NCBI GenBank assembly: GCA_027491395.1
Contig: JAOZFI010000041.1
Location: 32,001 to 96,000, forward strand
Direction of reading: 5' to 3'
DNA: 64,000 nt
From: Thermoproteota archaeon
GTDB lineage: Archaea; Korarchaeota; Korarchaeia; Korarchaeales; Korarchaeaceae
Below the pieces are notes generated by a model, which made no database searches, was not told the DNA's origin, and was given only the letters and a program-made list of their open reading frames with translations. Below, one piece after another: positions 19,371-28,168 of the stretch. Position 1 is the stretch's first letter. The number at the start of each line of letters is the position of its first letter. The position numbers and the translations under genes are program-made.

Positions 19371-19545
19371 TAGCTTAAGGGTCAAGCCCGCCATTCCAGA
19401 GAGCAAAGCATCACCCGAACCATATCCCACATGACACATATATCTCTTTTTCCCCAGCGGAATGGTCGCCAAGGTTTCTAACCGTCTCCATGGACAACGG
19501 CCTATATACAATCAAACTTTTTGTATGCTCCTTCGTGTGGAGAGG

Positions 19546-20556
19546 ATGCGTATAATCCTGATGGGTATGGGAGTCGTAGGACAAGCATTCTTGGAGCTGC
19601 TTGAGCTTGAAAAGGCGGATCTATACCGGAAATACGGCCTCCATCCTGTGGTGGTGGCGGCGTCGGACTCCAACTCGATGGTATACAATCCCAGGGGATT
19701 GGATGTGCAGAGGCTCCTGAACCATAAGAGGTCTGAAGGGACTTTGCACGGCTTTCCCGATGAGGTTCAAGGTATGGACTTGGTGAGGGAGGTGGAAGCG
19801 GAGGTGGTTATCGATGTCACGCCATCCAACTTCAGGACCGGAGAACCAGGGATCTCACATCTCAGGGCAGCACTGCAGACCGGTAAACACGTTATAACAG
19901 CAAACAAGGGCCCTCTAGCCCTAGAAATGCCCGCACTAGTGGAGATGTTTCAACACAAGGGCCTCAGACTTCTCTTCAGCGGGACGGTTGGAGGAGGTAC
20001 GCCTTTCCTCAGATTCGTTGGAAAGTGCCTGTCAGGTGAGAAGATAGTATCGATAAGGGGGGTGATCAACGGAACTACTAATTACATACTCAACCGGATG
20101 GAGGACGGAATATCGTTCCGAGAGGCGCTGAGAGAGGCTCAAGAGAAGGGATACGCCGAGGCAGATCCGAGTAACGATGTGGATGGGTGGGATTCCGCTG
20201 CCAAACTAGTTATACTCTCGAACTGGGCCATGGATCTAGGCGTGACATTGAAGGATGTGTCCGTGCGTGGCATCAGGGATGTGGAGATAACTGAGGATAT
20301 GCTCTCCAGAGGAAAGACCGTTAGGTTGATAGCTACGGCCGATGAATCTGGCCTCAGGGTCCAACCGGAGGAGATCGATAGGAGGGATCCGCTGGTGGTT
20401 CCAGGCGCCCTAAATGCCGTCTCTTTCATTGCAGAGATATCTGGGAGGCACACCTTGATAGGCAAGGGAGCGGGCGGGAGGGAAACCGCCGCCGCCCTGA
20501 TGAGGGATCTGGTGGAACTGAAGATGTACTTGGGAGGTGTCGAGCCTTGCTCATAA
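19546..20556 (+). CDS. hom: Homoserine dehydrogenase
   Basis: GMGVVG, TANKGP, GTVGGGTP, NGTTNYIL, AEADPSNDVDGWDSAAK, GAGGRETA. Confidence 0.95.
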   Translation: MRIILMGMGVVGQAFLELLELEKADLYRKYGLHPVVVAASDSNSMVYNPRGLDVQRLLNHKRSEGTLHGFPDEVQGMDLVREVEAEVVIDVTPSNFRTGEPGISHLRAALQTGKHVITANKGPLALEMPALVEMFQHKGLRLLFSGTVGGGTPFLRFVGKCLSGEKIVSIRGVINGTTNYILNRMEDGISFREALREAQEKGYAEADPSNDVDGWDSAAKLVILSNWAMDLGVTLKDVSVRGIRDVEITEDMLSRGKTVRLIATADESGLRVQPEEIDRRDPLVVPGALNAVSFIAEISGRHTLIGKGAGGRETAAALMRDLVELKMYLGGVEPCS

Positions 20557-21929
20557 TGAAGTTCGGAGGGTCCATACTTGAGGGGGCTGGGGATCTCCGA
20601 TCCATAGCGGATTATCTGAAGGGTTTGCTGGAGGAGGAGAGGATAGTAGCTGTAATCTCCGCCCTTAAGGGGGTCACTGACCATCTACTCAAGATCGGTG
20701 AGCTAGCTGCGTTAGGAGACGAACTTGCAGTCACGAAAGAGCTACAATCCTTGAGTGAGAAGCACCTGAGTATATGTGAAGACTTAGGACTGACTTGCCA
20801 GGCTGTCAGGAAGGAGTTGGAGAAGCTTGAGAAGATAGTGATAGGGATAACTTATATTGGGGAGATCACACCCAGACTGAGAGATCTTATAGCTTCTATG
20901 GGAGAGAACTTGTCTGGAAGCATTCTGTCCGAGCTGCTCCAGAAGGAGGGCGTTAAATCTAGGTTCCTAACGGGAGGAGAGGCCGGTATAGTCACGGATG
21001 ACTCTCATGGCGAGGCTAACCCGCTCCTCAAAGCCACTCGCGTTTACGTGAGGAGCAGGCTCCTCCCACTACTCGAAGACACACTGCCCGTTGTGGCTGG
21101 CTTCTCTGGTCTCTCCCAAGAGGGTAGAGTCACGACGTTGGGGCGGGGAGGGAGTGACCTGACTGCGGTCCTCCTCGGATCCTCTTTAGGGTCTAGGGAG
21201 GTTTGGTTATGGACCAATGTGGACGGTCTGCTTACCGCCGACCCGAGGATAGTTGAGGACGCCCGCCTGATCAAGCAAGTCTCTTACAGAGAGGCCATAG
21301 AGCTAGCGTACTTCGGTGCTAAGAGGATGCACCCCAGGTTCTTGGAGCCAGCTATGGCGACCTCCACCCCTGTGAGGATAAGGAACTTCCGTAACATGAA
21401 GTCCCCGGGCACTCTCATTTCCAGCAGGGAGGTGAGGAGCAAGGAAGTGGTTAAAGCCGTGGGTTTGAGGAGAGGAGTATCCATAATAACGGTCAGGGGC
21501 GTCGGGATGATCGGGCGTCCCGGAACGGCCGGTCGGTTGTTCTCACTCTTGGGGGATAATGGGATCAATGTGCTCATGATCTCCCAGAGCATCTCAGAGT
21601 CGGACATCTCGATAGTCTTGGAGGCAGAAGAGGCTGAGAGGGCGAGGGGTATAATGGAAGCTAGGCTCTTGGGGCCCATATTCAAAGAGGTCCTCTTGGA
21701 TAGGGGGTGCTCCGTAGTGGCCGCTATAGGATCTGGGATGAGGGGCACTCCCGGTGTCGCCTCCCGTGTCTTCGGAGCAGTCTCCGCGAGAGGCATAAAC
21801 GTGAAGATGATAGCTCAGGGATCCTCCGAGGTCAATATATCGTTCGTGGTCGATGAAACCGATGGAGAAGAGGCTGTGAGGGCATTACACGACGAATTCG
21901 AGCTGGGTAAGGAAGGAGAGGACCTCTGA
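20547..21929 (+). CDS. lysC: Aspartate kinase with two ACT domains
   Basis: MKFGGS, TTLGRGGSD, YFGAK, tandem ACT domains. Confidence 0.95.
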   Translation: MLIMKFGGSILEGAGDLRSIADYLKGLLEEERIVAVISALKGVTDHLLKIGELAALGDELAVTKELQSLSEKHLSICEDLGLTCQAVRKELEKLEKIVIGITYIGEITPRLRDLIASMGENLSGSILSELLQKEGVKSRFLTGGEAGIVTDDSHGEANPLLKATRVYVRSRLLPLLEDTLPVVAGFSGLSQEGRVTTLGRGGSDLTAVLLGSSLGSREVWLWTNVDGLLTADPRIVEDARLIKQVSYREAIELAYFGAKRMHPRFLEPAMATSTPVRIRNFRNMKSPGTLISSREVRSKEVVKAVGLRRGVSIITVRGVGMIGRPGTAGRLFSLLGDNGINVLMISQSISESDISIVLEAEEAERARGIMEARLLGPIFKEVLLDRGCSVVAAIGSGMRGTPGVASRVFGAVSARGINVKMIAQGSSEVNISFVVDETDGEEAVRALHDEFELGKEGEDL

Positions 21930-21974
21930 GTCTCGCTCGAAAACTTATATTTGATGAGTCATCCCTTATGTTTG

Positions 21975-22047
21975 GCCCCGGTAGCTCAGTTGGCAGAGCG
22001 GCCGCCTTGTAAGCGGCAGGTCGGGGGTTCGAGACCCCCCCGGGGCT
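21975..22047 (+). tRNA. tRNA-Thr(UGU)
   Basis: GCCCCGG acceptor, GCCGC-CT TGT AA-GCGGC, GTTCGAG; GAAAACTTATAT promoter upstream. Confidence 0.95.
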
Positions 22048-22050
22048 CTA

Positions 22051-22815
22051 TCACAGCTCTACCATGCCCTCGATCTCTACTCTCTTGACGACCTCACGGA
22101 CCCCGGCTACGATAGAGTACTCCCTATTCAGACCCTCTATTTGGTGTTTGTTCACCAAAACGGTTCCTCCTGCCTCCTTAACCATCAGAAGGCCAGCGGC
22201 CAGATCCACTATTCTTAAATCCCCTCTGAGATCGATGAGTGCGTCTATCCTACCCTCTGCCACCAGAGCTAAGCCCAAGGCAACAGACCCCAAATCCCTC
22301 CTTGCTATATGCTTGAATCCCAATCTCTCCTTGGTTACCGAGTCGTTCCTCTGACAAGGTGCGTAGATAACTGGTGTACCCCTGAAGTCTCTTGTCCTCA
22401 CCTCGTTCCCGTTCTTGAAGGCACCTCCTCCCTTGATGGCGTGATAGAGGTCTCCCCTGAACAGGTCCAGTATAACCGCCATCTCGAGGTCCTTCAGAGA
22501 GTAGGAGGAGGAATAGGCCACGGAGACACAGGCGAAAGGAATTCCCCTGTCGGCATTGGAACTACCGTCCACGGGATCGATGAGGATGATTCCTCTCTCT
22601 TGTCCCTCGATAAGTCCGCTCTCCTCGCTGAGTATGCTCGGATATCTTTCCCTCTCCTCTAACCATGCAGAGAGAGCCTCCTGCGCGGCCTCGTCCACTG
22701 CTCTAGCGGTGTCCCCTCCAGCGCTAACGTAGGAATATTCCCTGTCAGCTCCTATGAAGGGAAGAGCCTTCTCCTTTATTTTCAGGGTGAGGTCAACTAG
22801 CTCACTTAGGTCTAT
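22051..22815 (-). CDS. suhB: Inositol monophosphatase / FBPase (FIG superfamily); likely ATA start at 22815
   Basis: SEESG, IDPVDGSSN, GSVAL, DLAAG; in-frame SAGGDTARAVD motif upstream of the ORF-track GTG. Confidence 0.85.
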   Translation of the reverse strand: MDLSELVDLTLKIKEKALPFIGADREYSYVSAGGDTARAVDEAAQEALSAWLEERERYPSILSEESGLIEGQERGIILIDPVDGSSNADRGIPFACVSVAYSSSYSLKDLEMAVILDLFRGDLYHAIKGGGAFKNGNEVRTRDFRGTPVIYAPCQRNDSVTKERLGFKHIARRDLGSVALGLALVAEGRIDALIDLRGDLRIVDLAAGLLMVKEAGGTVLVNKHQIEGLNREYSIVAGVREVVKRVEIEGMVEL

Positions 22816-22838
22816 CCCCGAACCCCCCGAAAAAGGTG

Positions 22839-23099
22839 TTAGGAGGAGATACCCTTCACCCGACTGTCGAACCTGAGCCAGTTCTCGTAGGCGGAGGGTT
22901 CTCTCTCCTTGAGATAGTTAAGCACGAATTCCCTGATCTCTGAGCTATCCACTACATCTTTACCCTTGAATTTCTCCTGCACCGCCTTGGCAACCTCATC
23001 AGCCAACTCAACGGAAGCTCCGGCCTTAATTGCGGCCGCAACTATCTTTACGGGAAGGAACTCCTCCTCGGTCCCGGTGCTTCTCTTCCTCACCTTCAT
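22839..23099 (-). CDS. Stand-alone ATP-cone domain protein
   Basis: MKVRKRSTGTEEEF..KI...SSEIREFVLNYL; GGTGA SD upstream. Confidence 0.82.
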   Translation of the reverse strand: MKVRKRSTGTEEEFLPVKIVAAAIKAGASVELADEVAKAVQEKFKGKDVVDSSEIREFVLNYLKEREPSAYENWLRFDSRVKGISS

Positions 23100-23194
23100 G
23101 CCATCACCTGGGGAGCTGCCGACCTGAATACGAAAAACTTTCACTCCCCAGGGGTACGGTTAAAAGGGGGTGCGGGAAGGCCGAGGTGATCACC

Positions 23195-23611
23195 ATGAAC
23201 ATAGCCGTGAGGGTAATGAGGGTTCAGGCCGAGAGATACGTGGAGCCAGAGGATCCGCTGCCGCCTAACCTACAGATTTCCGTTAACATGAACCTAGGGA
23301 AGATGGAGGGTTCTAAGGAGAGAGCCAAAGGTAAGTTCCTCATAGATGTGAGTTACCAACCTTCCGTGGCCAGAATAACTGTGGAGGGCAGGGTCATCAT
23401 AACCGGCAAGAAAGACGAGATAGAGAGGATGCTGAGGGATATAGGAAACGGTAAGATGCCTCAGCCTGTGGTCCAAGCCGTATACGCGGCGGGCTTCGCG
23501 GAGGCGGTTATGCTATGTAGATCGGTGGGTGTGCCTCCACCCTTGCCGCCGTTACCCCAGCCGCAGCCCGAGGTCAAAGGTAAGGCAGAGGGAATGGAAT
23601 ACTCACTGTGA
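23195..23611 (+). CDS. Conserved archaeal hypothetical protein (possibly SecB-like fold)
   Basis: GAGGTGA SD before ATG 23195; beta-rich, YQPSVARI..G and GVPPPLP tail. Confidence 0.65.
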   Translation: MNIAVRVMRVQAERYVEPEDPLPPNLQISVNMNLGKMEGSKERAKGKFLIDVSYQPSVARITVEGRVIITGKKDEIERMLRDIGNGKMPQPVVQAVYAAGFAEAVMLCRSVGVPPPLPPLPQPQPEVKGKAEGMEYSL

Positions 23612-23620
23612 GGGATCCCC

Positions 23621-24262
23621 ATGTGGGTGGACTTTCATGTGCACACCAGGCGATCCCGGGACTCGATGGCCTCTCCCGGGGATGTGGTGAAATTAGCTGT
23701 GAGGAGGGGGCTGAGCGCCATAGCAATAACCGATCACAATGAGGTGATAGGGGTCCAAGAGGTACTAGAAGAGGTCAGGAGGCTGAGTGCGGATCTGACT
23801 GTCATCCCGGGGGAGGAGGTGAAGACGGCACAGGGAGATGTCATAGGGCTCTTCATAAACGAGAGAATACCCAAAGGCATGGACGCCTCAGAAACCGTGG
23901 ATAGAATAAAGGAGCAGGGAGGCCTAGTGGTGGTGCCTCACCCTTTTGACAGGAAGATGAGAGGGGCCTTGGGAAATGCGGTCTTGGATATCTTAGAAAA
24001 GATCGACTACATAGAGGTGATGAACGGAAGAACCCCCTCTTGGAATAACAGGAAGGCCGAGGAGTTCGCTAAACGGTATGGCATACCGGGTATAGGGGGA
24101 AGTGACGCTCACTGGCCTAGAGAGATAGGAAAGGTCAGGACACTAGTTTCCAAGTTGGATGAAGGAAAAATAGAGCCAATAAAAGTGGAGGGGAACGGGT
24201 GGCCCCCCATGATCTTTGGTGTCCTGTACTCCTCCATCGCCAAGGTATCTAAGGTGTTCTAG
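23621..24262 (+). CDS. PHP-domain metal-dependent phosphoesterase
   Basis: DFHVHT, AITDHN, PGEEV, PHPF, GSDAH. Confidence 0.92.
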   Translation: MWVDFHVHTRRSRDSMASPGDVVKLAVRRGLSAIAITDHNEVIGVQEVLEEVRRLSADLTVIPGEEVKTAQGDVIGLFINERIPKGMDASETVDRIKEQGGLVVVPHPFDRKMRGALGNAVLDILEKIDYIEVMNGRTPSWNNRKAEEFAKRYGIPGIGGSDAHWPREIGKVRTLVSKLDEGKIEPIKVEGNGWPPMIFGVLYSSIAKVSKVF

Positions 24263-24510
24263 CCCCCTCCTACCTCAGGCATTATGGTGATCTCGTCTTC
24301 AGGCCCCACCTCCGCATCCAGCCCGCCCTTTGACTCTGCGGATACCCCATTGATCAGGACTATCATCTTCAACCTCTTGCCATCAGTCACGAGCTCCCTT
24401 ACTTCCTCCGGAAGGACTTCGAGCACCTTCCTCAGCGTGGTCCTGCCTAGGTCCAGCTCTACCTCCTTGCCTAAAAGCTCCCTCGGCCTTCCCAGTAGCT
24501 TGAGCCTCAT
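24259..24510 (-). CDS. moaD: MoaD/ThiS/SAMP ubiquitin-like sulfur carrier
   Basis: 83 aa beta-grasp, VLING, C-terminal GGG. Confidence 0.88.
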   Translation of the reverse strand: MRLKLLGRPRELLGKEVELDLGRTTLRKVLEVLPEEVRELVTDGKRLKMIVLINGVSAESKGGLDAEVGPEDEITIMPEVGGG

Positions 24511-24521
24511 GAGGGCCCTCC

Positions 24522-26384
24522 TTACTCTGAGAGGCTCACCACTTTCTCCAGCTGAGGTATGACACTCTCCAATCCTAGGGATCTGAGCGTGCTCTTCCTC
24601 GGGATGCCGTTATTATCCCATCCCCTGAGCTCATAGTACCATGAGAGCATCTTGTCGTAAGAGTTCCTGTCGAGTTTGGCGCCGGCAAGCGGTCCTTTGG
24701 TCAGAGGCTCATCGAACCACTTCGCCGGTGGATAGTCCATGGTCCTACTCCAACCACCCTTCTCCCTTATCCAGAAAGCTCTTATCAGCGAGTATATCCT
24801 ATTGGAGATCCTGTAGATATCGTCCCAAGTGTACTCCAGTCCAGTAGCGGCCTTCAGAAACTTGGTGTACCATTCAAGATCGAAGCCGAGCTCGATCCAC
24901 GGTAATCTGCAGGTCACAGCGCTCTCAAAGAACCCTCCTCTCACGTTCTGCATCCAAATAAGCTTCTCCACTCTATCTCTGCTCGCTACACCTCTGCCTT
25001 CCCTGACTTCTATGGAGATGAACCACGCGTCTTTGTGGTGAGCTCCTATGGGGCTCGTTCCATAGGCTAGGGCCATCCCTATGTATGCGTGGCAGTCGTA
25101 TGCACTAGTCTCCAGCCCCTTAACGTGCATCGCGAACTTCTCGGCACCGTTTCCTAGCTTTGAGGCAGCGTAAGCCACTCCCTCAGCCAGCACAGCCCCG
25201 AATCCCTCCTTATTCACGATCTTCTTGGCCAGTTCCAGCATGGCAGGGGCGTTGCCCCACTCTAGGTCTACGCCAACCTCCTCTTTGCTCAGCATACCCC
25301 TCTGAACCGCCTCGGTCGCGAATGCCAAGGCCGAGCCCATGCTTATGGCGTCTAGACCGGTCTCGTCAGAGAAGAGATTCAGAGTCATTACCCAGCTCAT
25401 GTTGTCGATTCCTAAGTTAGAACCGTTCATTGCTATGTTCTCGTAGTCAACCTCAGTCCTCCTTCCCTGATACGGGCCTTCCTTTATCTCAGTTATGTTA
25501 CCGCAGGGCATGTTGCAGTTGGGGCAGCCCTTCTGGGAGACCTTGTATATCTTCTCCATGGCATTACCTCCTATCTTGTCAAACCCATCGAACACCCCCT
25601 CACTGAAGTTGTAGGTGGGGAGCGCGCTGTTCTCGTTGGCCCATTCCACGGTGAACATGGTTCCCTGCCGCACCCAGAAATCGTAGTTGTCCTTGGACTT
25701 CACATCCTTGTAGGCCTCAGCTCCCAGCTCGAGGACCTCCTTCGGATTATCCATCGGTATCTCCTTGGTTCCTCTCACTACCAAGGCCTTTAGATTCTTT
25801 GAACCCATGACTGCACCCATTCCGGGCCTTCCACCAGCCCTTCCCTTCTCCGAGGTGACCACAGATATCTTTACTAGGTTCTCCCCGGCGGGCCCTATCA
25901 CTAGAATCCCCGCATTCTTACCGTACTGGGACTCCAACTCGTCTTGGGCCTTGTAGGTGTCCAGCCCCCACAGGTCCTTGGCCGACTTTATCTCCACCTT
26001 GTCATCCTCAATTACTATCATGGACGGCTCCTCAGCCTTTCCGGAGACGATAACCGCATCATAACCAGCCTTCTTCAGCTGAACCGAGGCCCTAGTGCCT
26101 ATATTACCATCCCCGTATCCTCCTGTTAGGGGGGACTTGGCAGCTATGACCATCTTCCCGCTGCTCGGGAGCGTCAGTCCAGTGAGGGGTCCGGTAGCAA
26201 ATATGAGCAGGTTTTCTGGGGAGAGGGAATCCACGCCGGGTGGAAGCTCCTCCCAGAGTGTCTTTATGGCGAGGCCCCTTCCACCGAGGAAATCTACGGC
26301 AACTTTAGGGTCTAGATCCTGTACCACAGCCTTTCTCCGGGTGAGGTCCACCCTGAGTATCTTACCAGTCCAACCACCCTTCAT
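24522..26384 (-). CDS. aor: Tungsten-containing aldehyde:ferredoxin oxidoreductase (AOR/FOR family)
   Basis: GKILRVDL, KSPLTG, GRPGMGAVMGSKNLKA, CPNCNMPC, DYEN, YYELRGW. Confidence 0.95.
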   Translation of the reverse strand: MKGGWTGKILRVDLTRRKAVVQDLDPKVAVDFLGGRGLAIKTLWEELPPGVDSLSPENLLIFATGPLTGLTLPSSGKMVIAAKSPLTGGYGDGNIGTRASVQLKKAGYDAVIVSGKAEEPSMIVIEDDKVEIKSAKDLWGLDTYKAQDELESQYGKNAGILVIGPAGENLVKISVVTSEKGRAGGRPGMGAVMGSKNLKALVVRGTKEIPMDNPKEVLELGAEAYKDVKSKDNYDFWVRQGTMFTVEWANENSALPTYNFSEGVFDGFDKIGGNAMEKIYKVSQKGCPNCNMPCGNITEIKEGPYQGRRTEVDYENIAMNGSNLGIDNMSWVMTLNLFSDETGLDAISMGSALAFATEAVQRGMLSKEEVGVDLEWGNAPAMLELAKKIVNKEGFGAVLAEGVAYAASKLGNGAEKFAMHVKGLETSAYDCHAYIGMALAYGTSPIGAHHKDAWFISIEVREGRGVASRDRVEKLIWMQNVRGGFFESAVTCRLPWIELGFDLEWYTKFLKAATGLEYTWDDIYRISNRIYSLIRAFWIREKGGWSRTMDYPPAKWFDEPLTKGPLAGAKLDRNSYDKMLSWYYELRGWDNNGIPRKSTLRSLGLESVIPQLEKVVSLSE

Positions 26385-26427
26385 TCGACCACCGGGATTC
26401 ACGACAGCTGAAAATTAAAAGGCTTTA

Positions 26428-27384
26428 ATGTATGTGAATCCTGTGTGGCTCCACACAGGTTTGGCGAGGGATTCCAGTACTGTAAGAGCTTCAGTAGGGA
26501 CTCTAGTGAGACTCGGGCTCCTTCACATGAAGATGGCTGCGGCTCCCAAGACGGCTTATCTACTTATCCCAGGTGGATGTTTGGGCAAGTGCGCCTTCTG
26601 CCCTCAATGGATCGAGGAGGCCAGATTAGCTAGGCTGAGATGGCCGCTAGTTGACGTGGATAGCGTGGTCAAGGGCCAAGGACTCTTCGAGAGGGTATGC
26701 ATCCAATCAACGCTTAGAAGGGGATTTTCATCTGAGGTAGAGAGCTTGGCATCGCTGTTTAAAGGTCCTGTTTCAATCTCCATAAATCCTGCGCACCGAG
26801 ATGTACTGCAGCGCCTGAGGAGGTACGCTGAGAGGATAGGAATTGGGCTCGATGCCATGTCCCCTAGGGTATTCCGTAGAGTGAATAAGCCTGGATCTTG
26901 GAACTCATACATCAAGTTCGTTGAAAATGCCATCGACGTATTCGGCAGGGGAAAGGTACATGTTCACCTGATAGCCGGGATGGGAGAGTCTCTCGATGAA
27001 GCTATACACATAATGTCCTCTCTATATGAGATGGGGGCCGAGGTAGCCCTCTTTTCATTTACCCCCGTGCCCGGAACACCCATGGAATCCCGCCCTAAGC
27101 CAGATATCAAGTATTACAGGCAGCTTCAAGTGATACGACACTTCCTGAGCGAGGGGATCCCAGTCGAGGAGATCAAGTCCTACGATCCCGACGAATATAG
27201 GGATGCTTTCCTAACTAGCGGATGTCCCTCCTGCAACAGGCCCTTTTACAACGAGAGCCCTAAAGGCCCGATATACAACTTCCCCAGCACGGACCTGCTG
27301 AAGAAGGACTGGGAGAAGGTCAGGGGAGAGGTGATGACTGCCGTTGAAGACCTTAGGGTTCATTCCTACTGGAAAGTTCGCTGA
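26428..27384 (+). CDS. lipS2: Radical SAM protein, archaeal lipoyl synthase subunit LipS2-like
   Basis: CLGKCAFC plus C-terminal TSGCPSCNRP motif characteristic of LipS2. Confidence 0.8.
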   Translation: MYVNPVWLHTGLARDSSTVRASVGTLVRLGLLHMKMAAAPKTAYLLIPGGCLGKCAFCPQWIEEARLARLRWPLVDVDSVVKGQGLFERVCIQSTLRRGFSSEVESLASLFKGPVSISINPAHRDVLQRLRRYAERIGIGLDAMSPRVFRRVNKPGSWNSYIKFVENAIDVFGRGKVHVHLIAGMGESLDEAIHIMSSLYEMGAEVALFSFTPVPGTPMESRPKPDIKYYRQLQVIRHFLSEGIPVEEIKSYDPDEYRDAFLTSGCPSCNRPFYNESPKGPIYNFPSTDLLKKDWEKVRGEVMTAVEDLRVHSYWKVR

Positions 27385-28165
27385 GGTAAGCATAACTGGA
27401 CACTATTGTCCCCTGAATTGCCCAATGTGCCGTGGAAAATGGCTCAGAGGGATGATAACAGCTACTTCCCCAGCCGAATTAGTCCAGCTGGGTCGCAGCC
27501 TGAGAAAGAAGGGAATCGAGGGTATCTTGATAAGCGGTGGTTTGGGGATTGACGGAAAACTGCCGCTAAGACCATTCGCATCGGCTATCCGAGAACTTAA
27601 GGGGATGGGATTCTTCATCAGCGTTCACACCGGAGTGGTTGGTGAGGAGGAGGCCAAGCTGCTCTCCACGGCTCGGGTGGACTTGGCCGACTACGAGTTG
27701 ATCTTGGACGAAGAGGCCATAAGAACGGCAAAGTCGCTCAAACTCACACCTGAAGACTTCGTGAGGGGCATGGAGCTTCTAGTTGAATCGTCTATAGAGG
27801 TGGTTCCCCACATCACCGTGGGACTGCCTGGCTCCCGAGAGAAATGGTTCGAGGATGCAGCTAACATAATCAGGGAGCTTGGAATAAGGAGATCCGTTGT
27901 ATTAGTTTTCATACCAACCCCAGACACCCCCTTCGAGGACCAAGAACCCCCTTCGCTGGACAAGGTGGTCGAGGTAACCCGTGTGCTCAGCAGATCCTCG
28001 AAGGTCAGTCTCGGATGCATGAGACCCCCTTGGATGAAGAAGAGGTTGGACAGTGCTTTGAAGGGCTTGGTGGATAGGATAGCAAACCCCCATCCCAGCA
28101 TAAGGCTTGATATAGTTCATGCGTGCTGTTCGATCCCAGAAGAGCTGATAGGGAGATTCCTATAG
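27344..28165 (+). CDS. lipS1: Radical SAM protein, archaeal lipoyl synthase subunit LipS1-like
   Basis: SITG.YCPLNCPMC plus GCMRP and C-terminal CCS motifs characteristic of LipS1. Confidence 0.8.
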   Translation: MKTLGFIPTGKFAEVSITGHYCPLNCPMCRGKWLRGMITATSPAELVQLGRSLRKKGIEGILISGGLGIDGKLPLRPFASAIRELKGMGFFISVHTGVVGEEEAKLLSTARVDLADYELILDEEAIRTAKSLKLTPEDFVRGMELLVESSIEVVPHITVGLPGSREKWFEDAANIIRELGIRRSVVLVFIPTPDTPFEDQEPPSLDKVVEVTRVLSRSSKVSLGCMRPPWMKKRLDSALKGLVDRIANPHPSIRLDIVHACCSIPEELIGRFL

Positions 28166-28168
28166 CTT

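Noticed and set aside
9591-22047. Two similar tRNA-Thr genes as att sites of an integrated element
   Set aside because: Both are full-length with different anticodons, the enclosed genes are housekeeping, and there is no integrase.
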